Source: Lancefieldella parvula (GTDB lineage Bacteria; Actinomycetota; Coriobacteriia; Coriobacteriales; Atopobiaceae). Taken from it: a stretch of DNA of 64,000 bases. How positions within the stretch are numbered: position 1 is the stretch's first letter; each line of letters starts with the position of its first letter. Location: the NCBI GenBank assembly GCA_023300185.1, contig CP097092.1:1018115-1082114 (forward strand). The letters run 5' to 3'. The notes under the pieces were generated by a model, which was not told the DNA's origin, made no database searches, and saw only the letters and a program-made list of their open reading frames with translations. The position numbers were made by a program, and so were the translations under genes. Of the stretch, positions 28,508 to 37,653 are shown piece after piece.

Positions 28508-30817
28508 ATGAGTTTGAACTGCTCTTTATTACCTGGATTTATTGGAGTTAAAACAATGGAGAAGAAGATGCGTTTTCCCTACAGGCCTTCTACACAAAAG
28601 CTTATTGCAGTTGCTTCGCTAAGTGCAGCTCTGCTTTGTGGCTTCCATGCTGCTCCCGCTTTTGCAGAAACAACTGATACGTCTACAGTAAATGCTCCAG
28701 TTGTAACAACTGAAACTACCGCAACAGCTGAAAATGCTTCTCCTACAGCAGCTGAAAGCTCTCAGCCTGCTTCACCTGCTTCACCTGCAGCACCAACGAC
28801 AACTGCTCCAACAACAAGCCAGACACCTGCTGCCCCAACAGAGAATACAACGTCAACTCCTCAATCTTCTGGATGGAGACAAGAAAACGGCCAATTCCAC
28901 TATTACAAAGAAGATGGAACACTTGTTACAAGTCAGTGGATCAAAGATGATTCTGGTTGGCACTATGTAGATGGCACTGGAGCCGCTGTAGCGGGTTGGT
29001 TTACTACCCCTAATGGGAAAACCTGGTATTTTAATCCAAATGACCCATTACATGCAGCAGTCCTTGGCGAAACTGAAATTGATGGTAAGTTTTACTACTT
29101 CGATTCAATAACAGGTCTTATTAAAAATAACTGGGTATATCGTTCAGCAAGTTCTTGGTCATGGGCTACTGAAGATGGTTCTTACTATTCAGGTTGGAAG
29201 CATATGCCTAACGGCAAGTGGTTCTATTTTGATCCGGAAGCACCTCGTCATCATATGTTAATTGGAACGATTCAGGTTTCTGGTACCTCATATTACATTG
29301 ATGAATATGCAGGTATGATTTCTAACAGTTGGATTCAACTACCTACTCGTAAGTGGGCTTGGGCTCAAAAAAATGGCGCTCTTGCCTCTGGTTGGTTTAA
29401 CACACCAAATGGTAAAACTTGGTACTTTGATCCATCTGTTCCAGAGCATCCAGCGCTTGTTGGCAACGTCGAAATTAACGGCACATATTATTATTTCGAT
29501 GAAAATGATGGAATCCTTAGAAATAGCTGGATTCACAATGATGATGGTTCATGGTCTTGGGTAGATTCCTATGGCTCATTCTATTCAGGTTGGAAACATT
29601 TCCCAAATGGTAAATGGTTTTACTTTGATCCAGAAGACTCAATCCATCGCATGAAAACTGGACTTTTCCAACTTCCCAGTGGTTCGTATTACGTTGATGA
29701 AAATGCTGGTATGACTTCAAGTAATTGGGTGTCCCTACCAGACGGAAATTTTTCCTGGGCTCAATCTAGCGGCGCGCTTGTCTCTGGATGGTTTACTACT
29801 CCTGGCAATAAAACATGGTACTTTAATCCATCTTCAATTGACCATGCCGCATACGTTGGAGAGCATTCAATTGATGGAAAGAACTACTACTTTGATAAAA
29901 GCTATGGTCTAGCAAAAAATGAATGGGTTACTCTTTCAAATGGTGTAAAACGTTGGGCAGGTCCAGACGGAGTACTGACTGGATTCATTTCTCCCGAAGG
30001 AGTCTTCTCTACAGATGACGGTTCACAGCCAACAGGAACGGTACATCTTCCTGGCTTGACTGTAAACGTTGGCTCCGACCATAAAATTAAGACGGGATGG
30101 ATAAAAGAAAATAGTAAAGATTTTTACTATCTTTCTAATGGTGCACCAGCAGATGGATGGCTTAATATTCATGGAACTTGGTACTATTTTAGTTCCAATG
30201 GAGAAAAACAAACTGGTTGGATTAATTCAAAGGGCAGTTGGTACTTCCTTGATTCTGACGGCAAGATGAAAACCGGATGGATTAAAGATAACGGCAAGGA
30301 CTACTATCTCAGTAATAATGGTTCCATGCAAACTGGTTATGTAACCTGGGGTGGAAAACTGTATTGGTCAGCGGCTGATGGCGCCATGGAGGAGCAACCT
30401 TGCTACTACCCTGATATGTATCGTTATGCACAGAACTATTACAGTGCTACTAACTGGCTCATCCAAATTGATACTACTGGCAATCGCTTTGCTGTATACA
30501 GGGGCTCACACGGTAACTGGGTTGTTTGGTACGAATGGCAGTGCACCACAGGAGCGCCAGGCATGTGGACTCCTCATGGTCAATTTACCGTAGGTAACAA
30601 GGGTCTCTACTTTGGCTCTGGCTTTAGATGCTGGTATTACACGACCATTTCTGGTGAGTATCTTATTCACTCCATTCTCTATAACTCCGACGGTTATACC
30701 GTCCGTGATGGTAGGCTTGGATACAACGGTTCCCACGGTTGCGTACGTCTTGCAACAGAAAACGCTAAGTGGGTTTATGACAACATTCCTTATGGAACTA
30801 AGATTGTTATTTGGTAA
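28508..30817 (+). CDS. secreted L,D-transpeptidase (YkuD domain) with P/T/A-rich linker and cell-wall-binding repeats; paralog of the upstream gene (start may be the Met at 28556)
   Basis: Signal peptide nearly identical to the upstream gene. Pro/Thr/Ala-rich linker. Same repeat family. C-terminal YkuD block ...HGQFTVGNKG...GYNGSHGCVRLATENAKWVY (catalytic SHGC). Confidence 0.75.
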   Translation: MSLNCSLLPGFIGVKTMEKKMRFPYRPSTQKLIAVASLSAALLCGFHAAPAFAETTDTSTVNAPVVTTETTATAENASPTAAESSQPASPASPAAPTTTAPTTSQTPAAPTENTTSTPQSSGWRQENGQFHYYKEDGTLVTSQWIKDDSGWHYVDGTGAAVAGWFTTPNGKTWYFNPNDPLHAAVLGETEIDGKFYYFDSITGLIKNNWVYRSASSWSWATEDGSYYSGWKHMPNGKWFYFDPEAPRHHMLIGTIQVSGTSYYIDEYAGMISNSWIQLPTRKWAWAQKNGALASGWFNTPNGKTWYFDPSVPEHPALVGNVEINGTYYYFDENDGILRNSWIHNDDGSWSWVDSYGSFYSGWKHFPNGKWFYFDPEDSIHRMKTGLFQLPSGSYYVDENAGMTSSNWVSLPDGNFSWAQSSGALVSGWFTTPGNKTWYFNPSSIDHAAYVGEHSIDGKNYYFDKSYGLAKNEWVTLSNGVKRWAGPDGVLTGFISPEGVFSTDDGSQPTGTVHLPGLTVNVGSDHKIKTGWIKENSKDFYYLSNGAPADGWLNIHGTWYYFSSNGEKQTGWINSKGSWYFLDSDGKMKTGWIKDNGKDYYLSNNGSMQTGYVTWGGKLYWSAADGAMEEQPCYYPDMYRYAQNYYSATNWLIQIDTTGNRFAVYRGSHGNWVVWYEWQCTTGAPGMWTPHGQFTVGNKGLYFGSGFRCWYYTTISGEYLIHSILYNSDGYTVRDGRLGYNGSHGCVRLATENAKWVYDNIPYGTKIVIW

Positions 30818-30898
30818 TCCAAATAAACATGAAGCTCTATAGCAATAAACCCCAACTCATATTGAGCTGGGGTTTATTTGTTAGCTTATAAAACGTGG

Positions 30899-31294
30899 TT
30901 ACGCAAAATACTTTGCTTCAAAATCCTTAAATTGCTCTGGAGTAGCGTTTTGATCTACCGAGAAGGACTGTGCAACCGCTACTGCCTGCTGTCTTCTGAG
31001 ACCAGCCTTATCCCCGTCTCCTAGTTGCTCATAAACGTGAGAGAGCCTATCGAGGGCATACACCACATACTCTGCAACTGAATCAGCTACGCCAGAGAGC
31101 AACATCATAGTTACAAGAGAGTCTGGCGAAAGCGCAAGAGCAGTCTCTGGGCTCAAATCAATGAGCTCTGCAACAGCTGCCTCTACCCCATCGAGTGACT
31201 CTTCAGTTTGAGTCTCTAAAGCATTTCCCAAACCTGCTGTGACCGTTGAAGTAAAGTCATCGATTACTTCCAAAATGTAATCTCGTTGAAGCAT
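30899..31294 (-). CDS. acidic hypothetical protein downstream of ruvB
   Basis: 131-aa ORF with no recognisable motif. It occupies the position where yajC is often found but is not YajC-like. Confidence 0.45.
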   Translation of the reverse strand: MLQRDYILEVIDDFTSTVTAGLGNALETQTEESLDGVEAAVAELIDLSPETALALSPDSLVTMMLLSGVADSVAEYVVYALDRLSHVYEQLGDGDKAGLRRQQAVAVAQSFSVDQNATPEQFKDFEAKYFA

Positions 31295-31308
31295 TTTGTT
31301 CCAATCTA

Positions 31309-32376
31309 CTAGTTAGTAGGAACAGGAATACGTAAGTGATCAAATGCAGCATGCGTTGCCTGTCTACCTTGAGGTGTTCTAATAATAAGCCCTTGCTGCA
31401 AAAGATATGGCTCATAAACATCTTCAAGTGTAGACGGATCCTCTGAGACTGCACTTGCAATGGTTGTGAGACCAACTGGACGACCTCTGAATGTCTCACA
31501 AAGCGCACGTAAAACACGCACGTCCATTACATCTAGACCAAGCTCATCAATCTCAAAGAATGAAAGCGCTTCTGAGGCTACCTGCCAGGTAATAGTACCT
31601 TCAGCTTTAACTTGTGCGTAATCTCGAACGCGTTTTAACAGACGGTTTGCCAAACGCGGTGTACCTCTTGATCGAGAAGCAATTTCAGCAGCACCCTGCT
31701 CATCAACTTCTACATCAAGGATGTTTGCCGAGCGCATGACAATAGTCTGAAGCTCAGGAACAGTGTAGTAATCAAGACGATAAGAAATACCAAAACGATC
31801 ACGCAAAGGACCGGTTAGAAGTCCTGTTCTTGTTGTTGCAGCCACAAGGGTAAAGCGTGGAATATCAAGCCTGATTGACCTTGCCGCAGGACCTTTGCCA
31901 ATAACAATATCTAAGAAGAAATCTTCCATTGCTGGATAGAGAATTTCTTCAACCTGGTGATTAAGCCTGTGAATCTCATCAACAAAGAGGATATCTCCCT
32001 CTTCAAGATTGGTGAGAATTGCTGCTAAATCTCCTGCTCGCTCAATTGCGGGGCCCGAAGTTGTATGAAGCTTTGAGCCCATCTCTCCCGCTAAAACACC
32101 TGCAAGCGTTGTTTTGCCAAGGCCTGGAGGGCCAGAAAAAATAACGTGATCGAGCGGCTCATTACGACTTTTTGCAGCCTCAATAAGAACACGGAGATTT
32201 GATTTAACGCGCTCTTGACCAAGATACTCATCAAGAGTTTTTGGTCGCAAGTTTCTATCTTGCTCCAGGTCTTCTGCCTGAAGTCCACTAGAAACTACAC
32301 GTTGAGAAGTGTGCCCTGGAAATGGAGCTGGAGTAGACGATGACTCAAATAAATTATCTGCATCTGCTTCCCACAT
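31309..32376 (-). CDS. ruvB: Holliday junction branch migration helicase RuvB
   Basis: [12 protein letters not shown]..., Walker [13 protein letters not shown]+ motifs, winged-helix C-terminus. Confidence 0.9.
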   Translation of the reverse strand: MWEADADNLFESSSTPAPFPGHTSQRVVSSGLQAEDLEQDRNLRPKTLDEYLGQERVKSNLRVLIEAAKSRNEPLDHVIFSGPPGLGKTTLAGVLAGEMGSKLHTTSGPAIERAGDLAAILTNLEEGDILFVDEIHRLNHQVEEILYPAMEDFFLDIVIGKGPAARSIRLDIPRFTLVAATTRTGLLTGPLRDRFGISYRLDYYTVPELQTIVMRSANILDVEVDEQGAAEIASRSRGTPRLANRLLKRVRDYAQVKAEGTITWQVASEALSFFEIDELGLDVMDVRVLRALCETFRGRPVGLTTIASAVSEDPSTLEDVYEPYLLQQGLIIRTPQGRQATHAAFDHLRIPVPTN

Positions 32377-33008
32377 TAATTACCACTTCCCAAACGCCTT
32401 AGTGCATATCCAATAGCAGCTTCAATTGTAATAGCACCAGCCTCTTCATACCCCTCAAGAGCAAGCGTTGCTTCCTGAGAAGTAAAGCCCATTCCAAGAA
32501 GAGCCTCAATAGCCTCTGATTCTACAGAAGTTACAGCAGGTTTTGGAATAGCAGCAAAGTCTGCAGGAGACGTAAGACCAACAAGCTGTTTGAGCTCTGC
32601 ATCTTTTGCAAACACATCAGAAAGTTCAATTACTAAGCGCTCTGCCTTCTTTTTACCAAGGCCAGAAACGCTCTTAAGACGATTTCCGTCATTGGTAGCC
32701 ACAATTACTGCAAGTTGCTGTGGCGTAAACGTAGAAAGCACAGAAAGAGCCAATTTAGGACCTACTCCAGAAATTGCACGTAAGCGATCAAAGAGCGCAC
32801 GCTCTTCTCGCGAAGCAAATCCAAAGAGTTCCATTGAATCTTCTCTGACCACCATACGAGTTAAAACGGTAACGCCCGCCTCGCCCGCTTGTGGAAGCGC
32901 AGCAGCTGTTGAAGCTGATATACCCAGCTCATAACCAACGCCATTAACGTCGAGAACAGCAACTGAAGGAGTAACGGATACAAGTGTGCCCGTAAGCTGG
33001 ACAATCAT
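32376..33008 (-). CDS. ruvA: Holliday junction DNA helicase RuvA
   Basis: MIVQLTGTL... OB-fold start, HhH motifs (GVGPKLA), C-terminal domain III. Confidence 0.85.
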   Translation of the reverse strand: MIVQLTGTLVSVTPSVAVLDVNGVGYELGISASTAAALPQAGEAGVTVLTRMVVREDSMELFGFASREERALFDRLRAISGVGPKLALSVLSTFTPQQLAVIVATNDGNRLKSVSGLGKKKAERLVIELSDVFAKDAELKQLVGLTSPADFAAIPKPAVTSVESEAIEALLGMGFTSQEATLALEGYEEAGAITIEAAIGYALRRLGSGN

Positions 33009-33508
33009 AGTTGTATTCTTCCCTTTCCAAGCGAGGTAGTTCTTACAAGATTAGCGTGGCAAACCGCAGCAGCTAAAGCATCAGCTGCGTGGTCTGGATG
33101 AGGTTGATGATCCAAGCATAAAATATTTTGAACCATATACATAACCTGCTGTTTATCTGCAGCTCCAGTACCAACAACAGCCTGCTTTATCTGCATTGGA
33201 GTATATTCTCCAACCGTAAGACCTGCTTTAGAACAAGCGACAATAGCAGCACCGCGAGCATGTGCAGTAGGAATAGCAGATTTAACGTTTTGTCCAAAGT
33301 AAATGCTCTCAATAGAAAGAGCTTCTGGTGAAAACTTATCTATAACCTCAACAATCTGGTTATAGATTCTTCCCAAGCGCATATCTATTGGTTCATCTGC
33401 GGTTGTAGTTATGCATCCATAGGCGCGTGCACGGCATTCAGAACCCCTTGTCTCTACAATTCCCCATCCAGTGTGAGCAAGACCAGGGTCTATTCCAAGA
33501 ATTACCAT
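33005..33508 (-). CDS. ruvC: crossover junction endodeoxyribonuclease RuvC
   Basis: ILGIDPGLAHTGWGIVE start; conserved acidic residues; about 167 aa. Confidence 0.85.
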   Translation of the reverse strand: MVILGIDPGLAHTGWGIVETRGSECRARAYGCITTTADEPIDMRLGRIYNQIVEVIDKFSPEALSIESIYFGQNVKSAIPTAHARGAAIVACSKAGLTVGEYTPMQIKQAVVGTGAADKQQVMYMVQNILCLDHQPHPDHAADALAAAVCHANLVRTTSLGKGRIQL

Positions 33509-33569
33509 TGCACCTCCTAATATAGAACGTTCGTTCTATATTATCACAGAGTATGCACAAACGATGCAA

Positions 33570-35357
33570 CTAATTTTCTGAGAAGGGACCTCTCCACATT
33601 TTGGGGTCAACCATGCCAATTTGTGCATCAGATTCTTGTGCCAGCTCTTTTAAAAGCTCCAGCATATCCTTAAAGCCCTCCTGAGCCTCCGCTGGATCAA
33701 CTGACAACTCAGGCAGATGCATAGAAGCTCCCTGAATTTCTCGCAAAGAATTTCGCAAGGACTCTACCAGGTCAGATTCGGAAGCCTTTGTATCTCTAAT
33801 TCTGTCTTGCCAGACTGACGCGTGTGGAATTTGAGCGTTTGTGAGGCTCTTTGAAGACATTTCTAGAACCTCAGTGGTGTTTCTGCGGTCTTTTTGGCGA
33901 GCGTGAAGCATAGAAATAATAGTTTTGACCTCGTCAACCTTTCCCATCTCTTCCACAATGGCAGAAATGCTCTTATTCCACTCAAGATAGCTGGTAAGCA
34001 CGTAATCAACAAACTCGATGCGTTCTTGAGGCGTTGGCGCAACATTCTCCAACCCATCAGTTACAACCTCAGAGATATTCTCGAGAACTGCATGGTCAAT
34101 AGCTGGTGAGAAGGTATTTCTTACCCTAGCAAGGTCAAGAATATCTGCATGATACATATCTCCCAGAGGCCACAGAGAATGTGCGCTAGAAATTTCTGTT
34201 CCCTTGAGCGCAAGAATGGTTTTATCGGCAGTCTCAAGCGTTAAGTAATTGTGCTGGTCAGCGTATGCGTAGCCGAATGCACTCACCAATTTTGTATCGG
34301 TCAATGTCGAGAAAACCGTGCTATCCACAGTAACTTTATTAACTCGAAGTCTTGCGGTAAGCAACTCCGCAGCACTTGTTGCTCGAGAATCTTTGTTTGG
34401 AAGCAACAGTACGTGGACGCGCATAGGACCTAAAGCATCTGAAGCAAGTGCAACGGTAACAAGAGAATTGAGCGAGCCATCAACCGCAATAAACACGCCG
34501 TCAAAGCCAGACTTTACCGTGTAGTCTCGCACACCCGTAGCCAATACGCCCCAGGTAGTAAGTGCACTGTTATAGACACCCGCAGTATCTTCTCTATCAA
34601 AGTTTTCGATAGTATCTTGGTCAACATCGCAGACAACCATATCTTCTGAGAAAGACGCTGCTTGTTTGACTAAATCTCCTGAAGGAGACAAGAAGAAGCT
34701 TGAACCACAAAACACCTGGTTACCATAGGCACCAACAGCGTTTGCAGCGATAAGCCAGCTATCAAATTCTTCAACATCTCCCAGATAGCGGCTTTCTGCC
34801 ACCGCCATGCCCATGGCGGACGACGAATCATCAACAGCAAAGCCAAAATACGGCAGGTAAATGACGGCATCTAACGAGTCGTCGACATCTTGCCACGCGT
34901 CAAGATCGTCGTAGGTAAAAGCAACGCCAAACGTAAGGCCACCTGCTTCAAATTTTGCGAGCTCAAAGGTATTCTCGCCAGATGTTTGTGCAGAGCTAGC
35001 AGAACGAGCAAGAGCGCTCATGTGCGCAATCTGAGCAGTCAATTTCAGCGGAGTTACGGCTCCGTTTCTAACGAGAAGAGCCTCGCTCGCTGCACTTCCA
35101 TCAAACTCTGTTACAACAGGAATAAGGGCCGCAATTGGAAGTTTTTCTGAAAGCGAGTTGATTATCTCGGAGAGGTCTGCAAAAAGACCTTCTGTATCAG
35201 CTTCTGGCACACTGAGCAGTCCCGTAAGGGTTGGCGCAGGATAAATGACTAGCTCAGCACCTTGCTGTTGAGCTCTCTGAGCATATTCCAGCATGGTCTG
35301 AGCGGTAAACTCGAAGTCTCCGGCCTGAGTATTCATTTGTGCAACTGCTATGCGCAT
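33570..35357 (-). CDS. glutamine-dependent NAD+ synthetase (NadE) homolog with degenerate catalytic motifs (possible pseudoenzyme)
   Basis: An N-terminal CN-hydrolase-like fold aligns to NadE. ELVIYPAP sits where the catalytic Glu is expected and FGVAFTYDD where the catalytic Cys is expected. The central block RDYTVKSGFDGVFIAVDGSLNSLVTVALASDALG aligns to the NadE PP-loop region, but SGGxDS is replaced by DGSLNS. A unique tail of about 150 aa follows. Confidence 0.55.
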   Translation of the reverse strand: MRIAVAQMNTQAGDFEFTAQTMLEYAQRAQQQGAELVIYPAPTLTGLLSVPEADTEGLFADLSEIINSLSEKLPIAALIPVVTEFDGSAASEALLVRNGAVTPLKLTAQIAHMSALARSASSAQTSGENTFELAKFEAGGLTFGVAFTYDDLDAWQDVDDSLDAVIYLPYFGFAVDDSSSAMGMAVAESRYLGDVEEFDSWLIAANAVGAYGNQVFCGSSFFLSPSGDLVKQAASFSEDMVVCDVDQDTIENFDREDTAGVYNSALTTWGVLATGVRDYTVKSGFDGVFIAVDGSLNSLVTVALASDALGPMRVHVLLLPNKDSRATSAAELLTARLRVNKVTVDSTVFSTLTDTKLVSAFGYAYADQHNYLTLETADKTILALKGTEISSAHSLWPLGDMYHADILDLARVRNTFSPAIDHAVLENISEVVTDGLENVAPTPQERIEFVDYVLTSYLEWNKSISAIVEEMGKVDEVKTIISMLHARQKDRRNTTEVLEMSSKSLTNAQIPHASVWQDRIRDTKASESDLVESLRNSLREIQGASMHLPELSVDPAEAQEGFKDMLELLKELAQESDAQIGMVDPKMWRGPFSEN

Positions 35358-35492
35358 ACCATTCCTATCATAAAGTGCTTAATTTGTTTTTACCCAAAAA
35401 CAAACAGGTGTAGTAAGAAAAAACGGAGCTGCAGGTAGCAGCTCCGTTCAGATTCACAGATAAGCTTAGCTTTGTTAAATACGCAACCAGTC

Positions 35493-35858
35493 TTAGAGGG
35501 AAACCTTCCAAAGACCGTGAAGGTTGCAGTACTCATAAGCCTCTGCCTCAACACCCTCCTCAAGAGTGAAGGTAGCAACTGGCTCCTGGCCAGGCTTAAG
35601 CTGTGCAAACTGAGCGCCGTTCTCAGAAACAAGAGCGATGAACTCAATGTAGTGCTCTTCGAGCATTGGATGAGCAACCTCACCAACACGGACGGTAACG
35701 GTGTTGCCCTCACGAGTAACAAATGGAACGTGCTTCTCAGCTGCACCGTCAGTAACGCCAGCCTGGAGAAGCTCAAGATCTGCTGCCTCTACGTTGCCTG
35801 CGACACCATAAACAACAGCGCCTGTCTCCTTGTTGCGATAAAACTTTGCGTCGATCAT
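35493..35858 (-). CDS. sor: superoxide reductase (neelaredoxin/desulfoferrodoxin-type, 1Fe-SOR)
   Basis: EKHVPFV...VGEVAHPMLEEHYIEFIAL...YEYCNLHGLW: the His4-Cys iron-site signature of SORs; about 121 aa from Met MIDAKFY. Confidence 0.7.
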   Translation of the reverse strand: MIDAKFYRNKETGAVVYGVAGNVEAADLELLQAGVTDGAAEKHVPFVTREGNTVTVRVGEVAHPMLEEHYIEFIALVSENGAQFAQLKPGQEPVATFTLEEGVEAEAYEYCNLHGLWKVSL

Positions 35859-35967
35859 TTTTTCTCCTCTCACGACATCCGAAGATGTCAGAATTTCTTA
35901 GCAAGTGCTACTTAAATAGTAACAGTTATTACTTAAGTGTAACCTGCAAATTTAGAATCGACAAAAT

Positions 35968-37653
35968 CTAAACAATCTGTGCGTAGCCGCTTTGACCAAT
36001 AAAATCTTTAAGCTCGGTCAAAAGAACCATGCTACGTCCATCAATCCTGGTAGGAATTTCCATGCGCATAACATCGCCCATGTCTGTTTCTACCCTAATC
36101 TCAATACAGTCCATGCCGGGATAGCGCGAGAAGATCTGTCCAAGTGTCTCGATAGCCTGTCTTTGAAGTTGAGAAGCAGGCATATGAATGACGAGTGTCT
36201 TTGGTGTGTTGTTAGCACTGTTAAGCTCAATAGGATTAACTTCTTGAGCAATAACCTGGTCTCCTCTATCAGAGCGCTCAAGCTTTCCAAGAACAGAAAT
36301 GAAGATGTCACTCTGGCTCTCGCCAGTCTCTGGGTCAACGTCTCCAGCAAGAAGTCTTGCAGCCTTCTTGTAGAGCTTAGGGAACATGACAATAGTGACG
36401 CTGCCCTCCATGTCTTCAAGCGTAACAATTGCCATTGGATCGCCGTTTTTAGTAGTACGTTTCATAACATTAGTAACCATGCCCGCAAAGCGAATAGGTT
36501 TTCCTTCTGGCACCTTAAACTGCTGAGACATGGCACCGTTAGGAAGCTGAACCTCTACATTCTCTTCAATCTCCGCAAGTGCATAATCTCTGCTCTTAGC
36601 GAGGGCGTACTCATACGGACGAAGCGGATGGTCAGAGACATAGATGCCTAGGACTTCGTACTCTTTGGTAAGTTTGAATCGCCTATCCCACTCAACGCCA
36701 TCTGGCTCTGGAACAATATCACTAAAGCCAGAACCCTCTACCTCTGCAAACATATCAAACATTGAGAATTGACCAACAGCCTTATCTTTTTGACGCTTAG
36801 TAGCAGCATCAATAATGTTTTGTGGATTGTTCTTATCCACAAAACTCATCATCTGCATACGGGTATAGCCTGTTGAGTCAAAAGCTCCTGCCTTGATAAG
36901 AGCTTCAACAACGTTGCGCTTTGCCTGGCTTGCATCAACACGATCGACAAAATCGTGAATGTTGGCAAAAGGGCCGCCCTTTTGACGCTCAAGCATAATG
37001 GCTTCACCAACACCGGCTCCTACGCCGCGGATTCCTGCAAAGCCAAAACGAATACCCTCTTTAGTAGCAGTAAAGTCTTTACCGGACTCGTTAATATCTG
37101 GCGGAAGAATCTTGATGCCCTCATGACGGCAAGCGCTTACGTAGTGAACAATCTTATCCGTCTTGCCCATGTACGAGGTAAGAACTGCTGCCATAAACTC
37201 ATGTGGATAATGCGCTTTAATCCATGCGGTCTGCATAACAAGAATTGCATAACCAGCAGAGTGAGACTTGTTGAATGCATAAGATGCAAACTCAAGAACA
37301 TCGTCCCAAATGCTTTCTGCAACCGAGCGATCAAATCCGTTACGAACTGCGCCGTTTTTCCAGTGAGCCTCCATGGTCTCATCAGTACCGTCATCCCAGT
37401 GCTGGACAACCTCCTGCATGAGTTTAATCTTCTTTTTTGCTACTGCTTTTCTGACCTTGTCAGACTCGCCTGCGGTAAAACCAGACATCTTCATAGAAAT
37501 CTGCATAACCTGCTCTTGGTAGACCATGGTTCCGTAGGTCTCTTCCAAGATGTCATGAAGACGTGGATCGTAATCTTTGACTTCTTCTCTACCGTTCATA
37601 CGGTTGATATAGCTGGTAACCATACCTGCGTTAAGAGGACCAGGACGATACAA
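35968..37653 (-). CDS. dnaE: DNA polymerase III alpha subunit DnaE, C-terminal 561 codons (separated from the N-terminal part by a +1 frameshift)
   Basis: Begins in the conserved ALYRPGP motif (LYRPGPLNAGMV...) and continues with fingers, OB and tau-binding regions. Confidence 0.8.
   Translation of the reverse strand: MYRPGPLNAGMVTSYINRMNGREEVKDYDPRLHDILEETYGTMVYQEQVMQISMKMSGFTAGESDKVRKAVAKKKIKLMQEVVQHWDDGTDETMEAHWKNGAVRNGFDRSVAESIWDDVLEFASYAFNKSHSAGYAILVMQTAWIKAHYPHEFMAAVLTSYMGKTDKIVHYVSACRHEGIKILPPDINESGKDFTATKEGIRFGFAGIRGVGAGVGEAIMLERQKGGPFANIHDFVDRVDASQAKRNVVEALIKAGAFDSTGYTRMQMMSFVDKNNPQNIIDAATKRQKDKAVGQFSMFDMFAEVEGSGFSDIVPEPDGVEWDRRFKLTKEYEVLGIYVSDHPLRPYEYALAKSRDYALAEIEENVEVQLPNGAMSQQFKVPEGKPIRFAGMVTNVMKRTTKNGDPMAIVTLEDMEGSVTIVMFPKLYKKAARLLAGDVDPETGESQSDIFISVLGKLERSDRGDQVIAQEVNPIELNSANNTPKTLVIHMPASQLQRQAIETLGQIFSRYPGMDCIEIRVETDMGDVMRMEIPTRIDGRSMVLLTELKDFIGQSGYAQIV

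Noticed and set aside
35390-35915. ORFs 35390..35776 (-) and 35472..35915 (+) overlapping the SOR gene
   Set aside because: Alternative frames of the SOR locus. Only the frame with the EKHVP...HYIEFI...CNLHGLW signature is credible.
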